A stretch of 64,000 bases of DNA from Candidatus Woesearchaeota archaeon (GTDB taxonomy: Archaea; Nanobdellota; Nanobdellia; Pacearchaeales; GW2011-AR1): contig CAZBTP010000001.1 in assembly GCA_964494915.1 (NCBI GenBank), positions 6,792 through 70,791 on the forward strand, read 5' to 3'. Every line of letters starts with the position of its first letter. The stretch's first letter is position 1. The notes beneath the pieces are model-generated. The model saw nothing but the letters and a program-made list of their open reading frames with translations. It did no database searches and was not told where the DNA came from. A program made the translations under genes and the position numbers. Below are positions 1 through 9,600 of this stretch, piece after piece.

Positions 1-902
1 ACGTTATTGACAAGTGCGAAAACCTGCCAGAATGGTTCTGGTTTAAATTTTTCGATTTCACGTTCTCTGTCAACGATTATTTTAAGTGCAGGACCTTGGA
101 CGCGGCCTATAGAGAGGATCTTGAATGAGCCAACCGTCTTGAGCGCCGTCATTAAGGCGCGTGAGAGATTAATACCATAAAGCCAGTCAAGAATATGACG
201 AGTCTCTCCTGCGTAAGCCTGACCCCAATCAGGCGTCGGAAGAGGGTTTTCGTATGCCTTTTCTAGTTCTGACTTTGTAAGTGTAGAGAACTTCATTCTT
301 TTTGCACTGCTTCGATGACAGATAAAACGAAGAACATTCCAACCAATAACCTCGCCTTCATTATCATAATCCGTTGCGATAATAATATCATTTGTTCTCC
401 GCGCAAGTTTTTTCAGGAGATCAAAGTACTTTTTTGTGAAGGCAGCGGTATCTTTTTCATACGAAGGACGCCATTCTAATTCAAAGATAGGCCAGCCTCG
501 TTGCCCTTGTTTGTAGGTTAATCCAAAAAGATGTCCGACTGCAGACGCAATAAGGATTATTTTATCGCCTCTTTCAACGTCGAAATAGAAAACACCACCC
601 TCCCTATGCTTTCTCGCGCTCCCAAGAGCAAAAGCTATTTTTTGTGCTGCTTGGGGTTTTTCTGTTATGATAAGGACTGTGTTTGTATTCGGGCGCTCTA
701 TCTTCTCAGGATCAGACGTTGCTTTTCTGGTTCTTCTCCTTTTTTGCGGTTTTTCAGAGGATGTTTCTTCGAGGGTGTCTGCAGGAATTGGCTTTCCTGG
801 AGATTCTATTGTCGTCCGTTCTGCGAGTGTTGGTTTCTGTTTTACTTCTTTTTCTACTGTTTGTTTAACGTCTTTGATCGGTATAAAGTCTCTTACAGTC
901 AT
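1..902 (-). CDS. topA: DNA topoisomerase IA, N-terminal Toprim portion (5' partial; gene continues beyond window start)
   Basis: Hand translation of the minus strand from the ATG at 900-902 gives MTVRDFIPIKDV...LIITEKPQAAQKIAFALG...ATDYDNEGEVIGW...GRVQGPAL. The TEKP/DxDxEGE/GRVQ motifs are those of the Toprim domain of type IA topoisomerases. Not in the ORF track because it runs off the edge. Confidence 0.75.
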   Translation of the reverse strand, partial: MTVRDFIPIKDVKQTVEKEVKQKPTLAERTTIESPGKPIPADTLEETSSEKPQKRRRTRKATSDPEKIERPNTNTVLIITEKPQAAQKIAFALGSARKHREGGVFYFDVERGDKIILIASAVGHLFGLTYKQGQRGWPIFELEWRPSYEKDTAAFTKKYFDLLKKLARRTNDIIIATDYDNEGEVIGWNVLRFICHRSSAKRMKFSTLTKSELEKAYENPLPTPDWGQAYAGETRHILDWLYGINLSRALMTALKTVGSFKILSIGRVQGPALKIIVDREREIEKFKPEPFWQVFALVNN

Positions 903-954
903 TTTCTAAGTAAAAATAGAGAGTTCTTAAAGTATATAGTACTTTGGATTCTTT

Positions 955-1572
955 TCAAATCTCAATGACACGGCCATCCCTACCGACATTGATCACCCGC
1001 GTTCCCTCGATGTTTTCTTCAACACCTGCCGCCTCGTGGATATGGCCATGGAGAAGAATGTCTGGCTTAAACTGTCTGATCGCCTTTCTAATCGCCTCGC
1101 TACCAGGAATCCCAGAGAATTCTGAGACGCTGCCTGCAGGATGCATATGGGTTACCATAATCTTTTTTTCTATACCTCTGAGATCTGCGTGTGCCTTCTC
1201 AAGTGTCTTAAAGAGCTCTTTTTCTGTTATTCTTCCTGGACCAAGGTCTGCACCACCTGCACCAAAAAAGCCAATGTTCTCATAAGTAACTGCATACCCA
1301 TGAATATTCTTCACGCCATAGAGCGCAGCAAGAAAGTCCGTTGTTGCAAAGGAATCGTGATTACCAGGGATTATAAGAAGGGGTTTGTTCTTATCTTTAA
1401 AGGGTTTTATAATATCTTTTGTTTCTGTCCAAGAAGTAATGTCGCCGCATAAAACAACAAGATCAACCTTTTCCTTCTCAGCTTTCGTCGCAAGTTTTTT
1501 TGCAAGGGCTGAATCACCATGAATATCTGAAGCTGCAAGGATCTTGAACCTTCTCATTTTTGTTTTCGACAT
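955..1572 (-). CDS. calcineurin-like metallophosphoesterase (YfcE/MJ0936 family)
   Basis: Motifs ASDIHGD, LCGDI, GNHD and a GHIH pattern over a 205-aa length. Confidence 0.8.
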   Translation of the reverse strand: MSKTKMRRFKILAASDIHGDSALAKKLATKAEKEKVDLVVLCGDITSWTETKDIIKPFKDKNKPLLIIPGNHDSFATTDFLAALYGVKNIHGYAVTYENIGFFGAGGADLGPGRITEKELFKTLEKAHADLRGIEKKIMVTHMHPAGSVSEFSGIPGSEAIRKAIRQFKPDILLHGHIHEAAGVEENIEGTRVINVGRDGRVIEI

Positions 1573-1655
1573 TGTTTCCCAAGAACATAAGAGGTTATAA
1601 GAGTTTGGTTTTAGCCCTGCAATAGTCTTTTATACCTCCTCTTTCTCTAATCGTC

Positions 1656-3107
1656 ATGGCAACAAAAAAATTCTACCTCACAACACCAATCTACTACCCA
1701 AATGACATACCTCATCTTGGGCATGCATATACAACAATCGCAGCCGATGCTCTTGCGCGCTGGCACAGACTACTAGGAAACAAGGTATTCTTCCTTACAG
1801 GAACAGACGAACACGGAAAGAAAATAGCGCGAACCGCAGAAAAAGTAGGAAAAACACCGGAGCAATTTACTGATGCCCTTGTCCCTGAATTCAAAAAAGC
1901 ATGGCACACACTCAATATAACCTACGACCGGTTTATCCGTACAACAGAAGAAGATCATAAAAAAGTCGTTCAATACATCCTCGAGAAAGTCAACGCGAAC
2001 AACGATATCTACAAAGGAATGTACGAAGGACTCTATTGTACAGAGTGCGAGGCATACTACACAGAAAAAGACGTTCCAACCGCCCACTGCCCAATCCACA
2101 AAAAGCCGCTGGAAACACTCAAAGAAGAGTCTTACTTCTTCAGACTTTCAAAATACCAACCTTTTCTCCTCGATTTCTACAAAAAAAATCCAGAATTCAT
2201 CTCGCCAAAAAAGAGAAAACAAGAAATAATCAACCGGGTGAAAGAAGGCCTCAGGGATTTCAGCATCTCACGAACCTCATTCAGCTGGGGCATCCCTCTT
2301 CCATTTGACAAAAAACACATCACCTACGTTTGGTTCGATGCGCTTATCAACTATCTCTCGGGCGTTGATATCCTAAAAAACAAAAAACAATTCTCAACCT
2401 TCTGGCCAGCAGATGTTCACCTCATTGGCAAAGACATCCTCTGGTTTCATGTTGTTTACTGGCCTGCCATGCTCAAATCAGCAGGTATTGAACTTCCAAA
2501 GAAAGTATTTGCACACGGCTTTCTTACCCTTCATAATGAGAAGATAGGAAAATCAGCAGGCAACGCAATCACCATCCAGACACTTATCAATTATGCAGGC
2601 GTTGACACAGCACGCTATTTCCTTCTTCGATCAACACCCTTCGGCGAAGACGGTGACTTCTCAGAACACGCACTCAAAGAAAGACACAATAACGAACTTG
2701 CAAACAAACTCGGAAATCTCGTTACAAGGACAACTGCTCTTGCGGAAAGGTATGGTATCGAGAAGACCCTAATAAAAAGATTATCATCAAAACAACTCTA
2801 TACAAAGATAACAAACTATCTTAAGAATCTTGAATTTGATAAAGCTTTGAATGAGATATTTTCTTTTATTGATCGATGCAACAAATTCATCCAAACGAAA
2901 AAACCCTGGGAAACAAAAGACAAAGAAGTCTTATATGAACTCTGTAATGCCCTCAAAGACATTGCAATCCTCCTCTCCCCATTTCTACCAGAAACATCAG
3001 AAAAAATAGCAACAATACTCAATACCCCAATAACGCTCAAAAACCTCAAAAAACCCCTCCTCATAAACAAAATAAAAAAATCAGAAATCCTATTTAAAAA
3101 GATTTAG
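1656..3107 (+). CDS. metG: methionyl-tRNA synthetase (short form without C-terminal tRNA-binding domain)
   Basis: HLGH motif (PHLGHAYT), KMSKS-like KIGKSAGN, and a Cys-x2-Cys...Cys-Pro knuckle (CTECEAYY...HCP). Confidence 0.93.
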   Translation: MATKKFYLTTPIYYPNDIPHLGHAYTTIAADALARWHRLLGNKVFFLTGTDEHGKKIARTAEKVGKTPEQFTDALVPEFKKAWHTLNITYDRFIRTTEEDHKKVVQYILEKVNANNDIYKGMYEGLYCTECEAYYTEKDVPTAHCPIHKKPLETLKEESYFFRLSKYQPFLLDFYKKNPEFISPKKRKQEIINRVKEGLRDFSISRTSFSWGIPLPFDKKHITYVWFDALINYLSGVDILKNKKQFSTFWPADVHLIGKDILWFHVVYWPAMLKSAGIELPKKVFAHGFLTLHNEKIGKSAGNAITIQTLINYAGVDTARYFLLRSTPFGEDGDFSEHALKERHNNELANKLGNLVTRTTALAERYGIEKTLIKRLSSKQLYTKITNYLKNLEFDKALNEIFSFIDRCNKFIQTKKPWETKDKEVLYELCNALKDIAILLSPFLPETSEKIATILNTPITLKNLKKPLLINKIKKSEILFKKI

Positions 3108-6100
3108 CCGAGACTCTTTCGACATCCAAACGGATAATCAAACCACAAGAACTTAAAACACCGTCGACAAACGCCGAAACCGTTCTCGCTAACACAAACA
3201 TTGCCATCGGGACACTTAAGAAGTTCATAATCCAAAACATTCCCAGCACAATAATACACTCTTAGATTACGCCCCGGATAATAATCAGGATTACAAATAT
3301 CCTTTTGTTCAACGTACCCATCTTCCTGATTCCCTGTCACTGTATTCTTCACCTTTTTTATTGAGTCGTACGAGAGCGGGTCAGATTCCTTTTGTTGAGC
3401 AGCGCTGATCTGACCTCCGGTTCTGGTAGGGAATACTCTCCCCACAGGGTCATTGCATGTGTATCCAAGTTCCGTGGCATCAGTTTGTTCTTGGTTGTTT
3501 GTTTGCGAAGTTTGCGAGGAGGAAAATTTAATTTCTACATTAATTCCGCCATCAGACGTTATCTCTTTAACTTTTATCCTTAAATCATTATCGGGATCAT
3601 AAAACTCTTTTCCAATATTTAAGAAAGAATCTACAAAGTCGGTTCTTGTTATATCTTTAGATTCCTTTGGATAATCTGGCAAAGATTCAGGAGTCATATC
3701 AAGTAAATAGGTTGACCACGATTCATAATCTTCGGGTAAAAGGCCTCTAATTAAAATTCCATTAATATTGATTCCCATTCCCTCAAGACGTTTAAGTTTT
3801 TCGTCAAACCCAATAGATTGTCTAAATTCCAATAAATAAGAAGAAATTTCCAGTCCTTCTTTGTCGGATATAGATATATGATTCTTTAATGGAACTTTTA
3901 TTACTTTTAATTTAGAATTTACTTCTTCCAGAGGATAGAGAGTATAAACTCCGCTTTGCGAAACAACTTGAAAATTACTCTCTTCAAACCAGCCCAGACG
4001 TTTTTTGTGGTTCCCATTAAAATGATAAGCATACAACCTACCTCCCATAACATCAAACACATCGCTATAAGGGTCTATCGAGCACTTGGAGTAATCTTTA
4101 GTTATGATCTCTTTTCCACATTCATAAGTTATTGCATGTCCATTAATACCGAAACTATGTCCCAGCTCATGTGCAAAAACAGTATTTGCGGCAGGAAAAT
4201 GATCTTTTCCTCCCAAACTATCTCCATACGGAGAGAATATTTGGTCGAAGTAAATATGGGAAATGCCTATTTTTATTCTTCCGTCAGGAGTATCAATGAC
4301 TTTTTTTCCAAAAGATGAACTACCAAAAGCACCAGGGCAATTCTCGCGGAATACAATAATAATTCTATCATAATCCGGATAATAAACTTCATTATCGGCT
4401 ATCTCAAAAATTTCTTGATCGGTTCGAGAGCAAGAATCCTCTCCCTCTTTTAAATGATACCATCCATAAACATCCCCTGTCAACCATGTCTTTCCATAGG
4501 ACGCCTCTGTAATAAAACTAGTTATTGATTTTTGTGCCCCAGTATCAAAAATTGCCTTCTGGTAATCTGCTAGAGGGGTTTCACCATTATCGTTTAACAA
4601 ATCTACTAAAATCACAGCAATTTTTTGCTCACCTGATACATCGCCAATTTCAGCACAGCTCGATGCAGTAAAGGTTCGCAGGGGAGAATTCACTCCGTTC
4701 GATATCCATACACTATAGGTACTTCCCTCTTGCAAATTAAACCCGCTTCGTTCAATATATGTTCCAGAACTCGCGTGCCAGAATGTTCTCTCGCCACCGG
4801 ACGGCGCAACAACACTCATTGTTGGAGAAAGTACATAGCTATCCCAATAATCAGTTGGATATTCAGTCGTGTACGAACCAGGAGCAACAGCAATCCAATA
4901 TTTCCCACTTGAGGGGGCACTACCACCGCTCCACGAAATTGTTGCTTTTGACACACCATTCTCACACGAAAGAGACACACTAGGCTTGTTCACTGGCGTG
5001 ACAGAAGAAGTATTCTGAGTAGGTATTGGTTGCGTTGGTTGTTGTGTACTACAAATAGGAGTCGTTATACTAGTCATTCCTGAATTCTTGCCGTTAGAAA
5101 CCCAGAAACTATAAGCTTTATTTTCTTCCAAAACAAATCCTCCTTGTTGAATATATGTTCCATCTTTTGCGTGCCAGAATGCTCTCTCGCCACCATTCCA
5201 AGCAACAACACTTGTTGTAGAAGAACTAACATAGGTATCCCAATAATCAGTTGGATAGGTTGTGTGTAAGCCAGGAGCAACAGCAATCCAATATTTCCCA
5301 CTTGAGGGGGCACTACCACCGCTCCACGAAATTGTTGCTTTTGACACACCATTCTCACACGAAAGAGACACACTAGGCTTGTTCACTGGCGTGACAGAAG
5401 AAGTATTCTGAGTAGGTATTGGTTGCGTTGGTTGTTGTGTACTACAAATAGGAGTCGTTATACTAGTCATTCCTGAATTCTTGCCGTTAGAAACCCAGAA
5501 ACTATAAGCTTTATTTTCTTCCAAAACAAATCCTCCTTGTTGAATATACGTTCCAGAACTCGCGTGCCAGAATGTTCTCTCGCCACCGGACGGCGCAACA
5601 ACACTTGTCGTAGAAGAAGTAATATAAGTATATGTAGAAGAATTAACATTAGTACCTATAAAAGAACTGACATACGTATCCCAGTAATCAGTCGGATAGG
5701 TTGTGTGTGAACCAGGAGCAACAGCGATCCAATATCTCCCACTTGAAGGAGCACTACCACCACTCCATGAAATTGTTGCTTTTACAACGTTTCCATCACA
5801 AAACGCATTCACACTTGGCGCATTCGTCGGTATTATCTGAGGGCTCGTCCCGCTACATCTTTGGGCAGAAAATCTTGTTATTAGCGAATTTGAATTTGCA
5901 CCCTTCGATACCCATACACTATACTCAGCTCCATCTTCTAACGAGAATCCTCCTTGTTGAATATACGTTCCAGAACTCGCGTGCCAGAATGTTCTCTCGC
6001 CACCGGACGGCGCAACAACACTCATTGTTGGAGAAAGTACATAGCTATCCCAATAATCAGTTGGATAGGTTGTGTACGAACCAGGAGCAATAGCGATCCA

Positions 6101-6319
6101 ATATCTGTCACTCGCAGGATTAGGATCGCCACTCCAAACGATACTCGCTTTTGAGACACTATTTTCACAATACGTTTGCACAAAGGGTTGCGTAACCGGA
6201 CTTAATTGCGGACGCTTAAAACCGAACCATTCAAGAATATCATCGCCAAGCCCAGCAGAAACAAAGGGAATACCTAATAGTAAAACAATAACAAATCCAA
6301 GATAAATAATAGTTCTCAT
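3104..6319 (-). CDS. giant secreted modular protein with four approximately 100-aa W/Y-rich Cys-bounded repeat modules, a zinc metalloprotease domain (M6/InhA-like, HELGH) and a Cys-rich C-terminal domain
   Basis: Signal peptide MRTIIYLGFVIVLLLGIPFVSA. Repeated modules VSKATISWSGGSAP..YWIAVAPG..YPTDYWD..GGERTFWH..YSFWVSNG. PT-rich linkers QQPTQPIPTQNTSS. Protease region EQKIAVILV...EASYGKTWLTGDVYGWY...HELGHSFG. C-terminal GYTCNDP...CRRCFKFLWFDYPFGC. Confidence 0.7.
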   Translation of the reverse strand: MRTIIYLGFVIVLLLGIPFVSAGLGDDILEWFGFKRPQLSPVTQPFVQTYCENSVSKASIVWSGDPNPASDRYWIAIAPGSYTTYPTDYWDSYVLSPTMSVVAPSGGERTFWHASSGTYIQQGGFSLEDGAEYSVWVSKGANSNSLITRFSAQRCSGTSPQIIPTNAPSVNAFCDGNVVKATISWSGGSAPSSGRYWIAVAPGSHTTYPTDYWDTYVSSFIGTNVNSSTYTYITSSTTSVVAPSGGERTFWHASSGTYIQQGGFVLEENKAYSFWVSNGKNSGMTSITTPICSTQQPTQPIPTQNTSSVTPVNKPSVSLSCENGVSKATISWSGGSAPSSGKYWIAVAPGLHTTYPTDYWDTYVSSSTTSVVAWNGGERAFWHAKDGTYIQQGGFVLEENKAYSFWVSNGKNSGMTSITTPICSTQQPTQPIPTQNTSSVTPVNKPSVSLSCENGVSKATISWSGGSAPSSGKYWIAVAPGSYTTEYPTDYWDSYVLSPTMSVVAPSGGERTFWHASSGTYIERSGFNLQEGSTYSVWISNGVNSPLRTFTASSCAEIGDVSGEQKIAVILVDLLNDNGETPLADYQKAIFDTGAQKSITSFITEASYGKTWLTGDVYGWYHLKEGEDSCSRTDQEIFEIADNEVYYPDYDRIIIVFRENCPGAFGSSSFGKKVIDTPDGRIKIGISHIYFDQIFSPYGDSLGGKDHFPAANTVFAHELGHSFGINGHAITYECGKEIITKDYSKCSIDPYSDVFDVMGGRLYAYHFNGNHKKRLGWFEESNFQVVSQSGVYTLYPLEEVNSKLKVIKVPLKNHISISDKEGLEISSYLLEFRQSIGFDEKLKRLEGMGININGILIRGLLPEDYESWSTYLLDMTPESLPDYPKESKDITRTDFVDSFLNIGKEFYDPDNDLRIKVKEITSDGGINVEIKFSSSQTSQTNNQEQTDATELGYTCNDPVGRVFPTRTGGQISAAQQKESDPLSYDSIKKVKNTVTGNQEDGYVEQKDICNPDYYPGRNLRVYYCAGNVLDYELLKCPDGNVCVSENGFGVCRRCFKFLWFDYPFGCRKSLG
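4877..5547. repeat. intragenic tandem duplication in gene 3104-6319: about 280 nt of perfect identity at 390-nt offset
   Basis: The string from ccaggagcaacagcaatccaatatttcccacttgagggggcactaccaccgctcc to ccttgttgaatata occurs identically at about 4877-5157 and about 5267-5547. Confidence 0.8.
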
Positions 6320-6420
6320 CGTCCTCCTTCTTATATAAAATAATATGTCTCAATTTATATATCTTACTGCAAGTATCAAGAATAAAATATATTTACGCTA
6401 AAGCGAAAGATCTTCGTCAC

Positions 6421-6620
6421 CAATCAATCCAGAACCCTCTCGTTAATACCCTTCCACTCACGAAAGGCTTTTTCATACCGCTCCTCATAAACAAAATAAA
6501 AAAATCAGAAATCCTATTTAAAAAGATTTAGCCGAGACTCTTTCGACATCCAAACGGATAATCAAACCACAAGAACTTAAAACACCGTCGACAAACACCG
6601 AAACCATCTTCATTGATACT
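6421..6620. repeat. mosaic intergenic spacer made of copied gene 3' ends (NTase 11663 region, MetRS 3057-3107, secreted gene 3108-3185)
   Basis: 6425-6485 matches 11667-11727 with 3 mismatches. 6481-6531 equals 3057-3107 exactly. 6532-6612 equals 3108-3188 with about 1 mismatch. Confidence 0.85.
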
Positions 6621-6662
6621 TGTCGATTTAGAAATTATTACCTATGTACCTATGGGGATAGG

Positions 6663-9600
6663 CTATAAGTTCCTTTTGACATCCTCGAGATACTTGCTGT
6701 AGCCGCTTAGTACCTTTTGACATCCAAATGGGTAATCGAACAACCAGAAGTTAAAGCATCTTCGACAAGCACCAACCCAAAAACCAAGATTCTTATCATT
6801 GATACATATATGGTTCTCTGGACACTTAAGTATTTCATATTTTAGTGCATTCCCAACACAATAAGGCACCTGCAGATCATAACCAGAAGGACTACAAAGA
6901 TCTGATACTTCAAAATCTCCTACTCCTTGATTTCCCGTAACAGTATTCTTCTCCTTTTTTATTAAGTCGTATGAGAGGGGATTGAGTATCATATCTTTAT
7001 TACTTCTACCTGGTCTTGTAGGGAATACTCTCCCCGCAGGGTCATTGCATGTGTATCCAAGCTGTCCTGCGTCAACAACAGCAGGCGCAGGCGGTGTTGT
7101 TGATCCTTCAGCTCCACTACATGTAACACTAACGCTATTGCTATTCGCGTCTAATCCTTCATCACCGCCATCGATGTAATAGGTATGACTTCTGACAGAG
7201 GCTTCAAAACTAGTTGACAGCAAGGTCTGCCCGATAACTACATCACTTGGTTGCTCAACAAACTTTACAACTTGATTATTCTCTACAACATTATATCCGC
7301 TAACTGAATTAATACTGGCCCATGATAAATCAACGCGTGTACCGCTGCAGAAGCCAGCTAGTGAGATCTCGAACTGTGTTGGTGTTGGCGTTGTTGTACC
7401 CGGTGTCGGACTTTGAACATCTCGGGGCGGACTAATACAATAATAGATCACTCTTCCATTTCTATCTTCAAACGATCCTATAACACTATCGCTCCCGCAA
7501 CCGTTATACTGAACATACACATTTGTCAAGAACACGGTATTTTCTGAAAATGAAGACTTCCTCACACACTGATACACGACCGCCCCCTTTCCGTCAAGGA
7601 ACCAACTGCCAACACGATCGCCCACGATCCCACAACCTTCTGCACTATCGCGGAAGTAAACATGAGTAACATACTCTTTTCCAGGACTACCAACAGACTT
7701 CCGTACACAATGATTAATCCGCCGTCCATTAGCATCATCAAACCAACTTGTAACATCATCACCCCCACAAGTATCATACTGAAAATAAGCCCCTTCCACA
7801 ATCCCTATTGAAACAGTCAAGGGAGGCGTCGTAATACCATTCGCCTTTAACTCTCGGAAGATATTCCTCGCCAAACCAGGATCGCGTTGGCTACCAAAAA
7901 ATCCCCCAGGTTTCTCAAACAAGAAATCAACCAGTGTCTCCTGAAATGCAGCATCAATCCTTCCAGAACTCAACCTGCTTTGCAACGTATCAGCCATCGA
8001 ATTACTCAATTCGCGAACACGCTGAACAGCAGAACTACCTAGATCAGAACTGAGTGTGGCATCATCAACAATAAGTTCTTTCAATACCTTCTCGCCAAGT
8101 TCAGCATTCCGCGGCGTATTCAAAAGACCACGAACACCATAGAGGTAATCTAACAAACTAATCTGAAACTCAACATCAATATTACGCGCATTAAACTTCG
8201 TCTCTAAATTACTTGCCATCCCTGGATCTTTATCCTGTAAATAACTGATAACTTCGTCTTTCAACGCACCGCTAATCATATATCCATTTAACACAATAGG
8301 TAATGTTCCTTCTCCACCTTGTTCTCCTCCAGTTCTACCAGATACAATATCAGCACAGCTCATTGCGGTAAAGGTTTGCAGAAGAGAATTCACTCCATTT
8401 GATATCCATACACTATAGGCACCCCCTTCCTGCAAGGTAAACCCACTCTGTCCGATATATGTTCCAGAACTCGCGTGCCAGAATGTTCTCTCGCCACCAG
8501 ACGGAGCAACAACACTGGTCGTAGAAGAACTAACATACGTATCCCAATAATCAGTTGGGTAGGTTGTGTGTGAGCCAGGAGCAATAGCGATCCAATATCT
8601 CCCAGTTGAAGGAGCAGCGCCACCAGACCATGAAATCGTTGCTTTTGAGACGCCATTCTCACACAAAAGGGACACACTAGGCTTGTTCACTGGCGTGACA
8701 GAAGGAGTATTCTGAGTAGGTGTTGGTTGCGTTGGTTGCTGTGTACAAATAGGAGTCGTTATACTAGTCATCCTTGAATTCACGCCGTTAGAAACCCAGA
8801 AACTATAAGCTTTATTTCCTTCCAAAACAAGCCCACTTTGTCCGATATATGTTCCATCTTTTGCGTGCCAGAATGTTCTCTCGCCACCAGACGGAGCAAC
8901 AACACTTGTCGTAGAAGAACTAACATATGTATCCCAATAATCAGTTGGATATTCGGTCGTGTACGAACCAGGAGCAACAGCGATCCAATATCTCCCAGTT
9001 GAAGGAGCAGCGCCACCGCTCCACGAAATCGTTGCTTTTGCAACGTTTCCATCACAAAACGGAGTTAAAGATGGAGGATTCACCGGCGCTATCTGAGGAG
9101 GGGTGGCTGTAGTGGTTGGCGTCGGTGTAGGTTGTGGAGTTAATTGTTGCGTACAAATAAGGGCACGGAAATGGGTCCTTCCTGAATTCACGCCATTAGA
9201 TACCCAGTAAGTATACTCTTTCGTTGGTTCCAAAACAAATCCTCCTTGTTGAATATACGTACCGTCTTTCACATGCCAAAATGTTCTCTCGCCACCAGTT
9301 GGAACAACAACACTTGTTGTAGAAGAACTTACATAGCTGTCCCAGTAATCAGTTGGATAGGTTCCATATAAGCCGGGAGCAACAGCAATCCAATATCTTC
9401 CACCTGAGGGAGCACCACCACCGCTCCACGAAATCGTTGCTTTTGCAACGTTTCCATCACAAAACGGAGTTAAAGATGGAGGATTCACCGGCGCTATCTG
9501 AGGAGGGGTGGCTGTAGTGGTTGGCGTCGGTGTAGGTTGTGGAGTTAATTGTTGCGTACAAATAAGGGCACGGAAATGGGTCCTTCCTGAATTCACGCCA

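Noticed and set aside
531-1285. Track ORFs 531-968(+), 667-909(+), 683-868(+) and 944-1285(+)
   Set aside because: They lie antisense to the well-supported topoisomerase IA and metallophosphoesterase genes. Their translations are low-complexity with no motifs.
4730-6305. Multiple 60-130-aa ORFs in other frames inside the giant secreted genes (for example 5074-5373, 5701-6093, 8390-8677, 8780-9055)
   Set aside because: They are by-products of the internal DNA repeats, which recreate the same spurious open frames. The long minus-strand frame carries the signal peptide, the HExxH motif and a consistent modular architecture.
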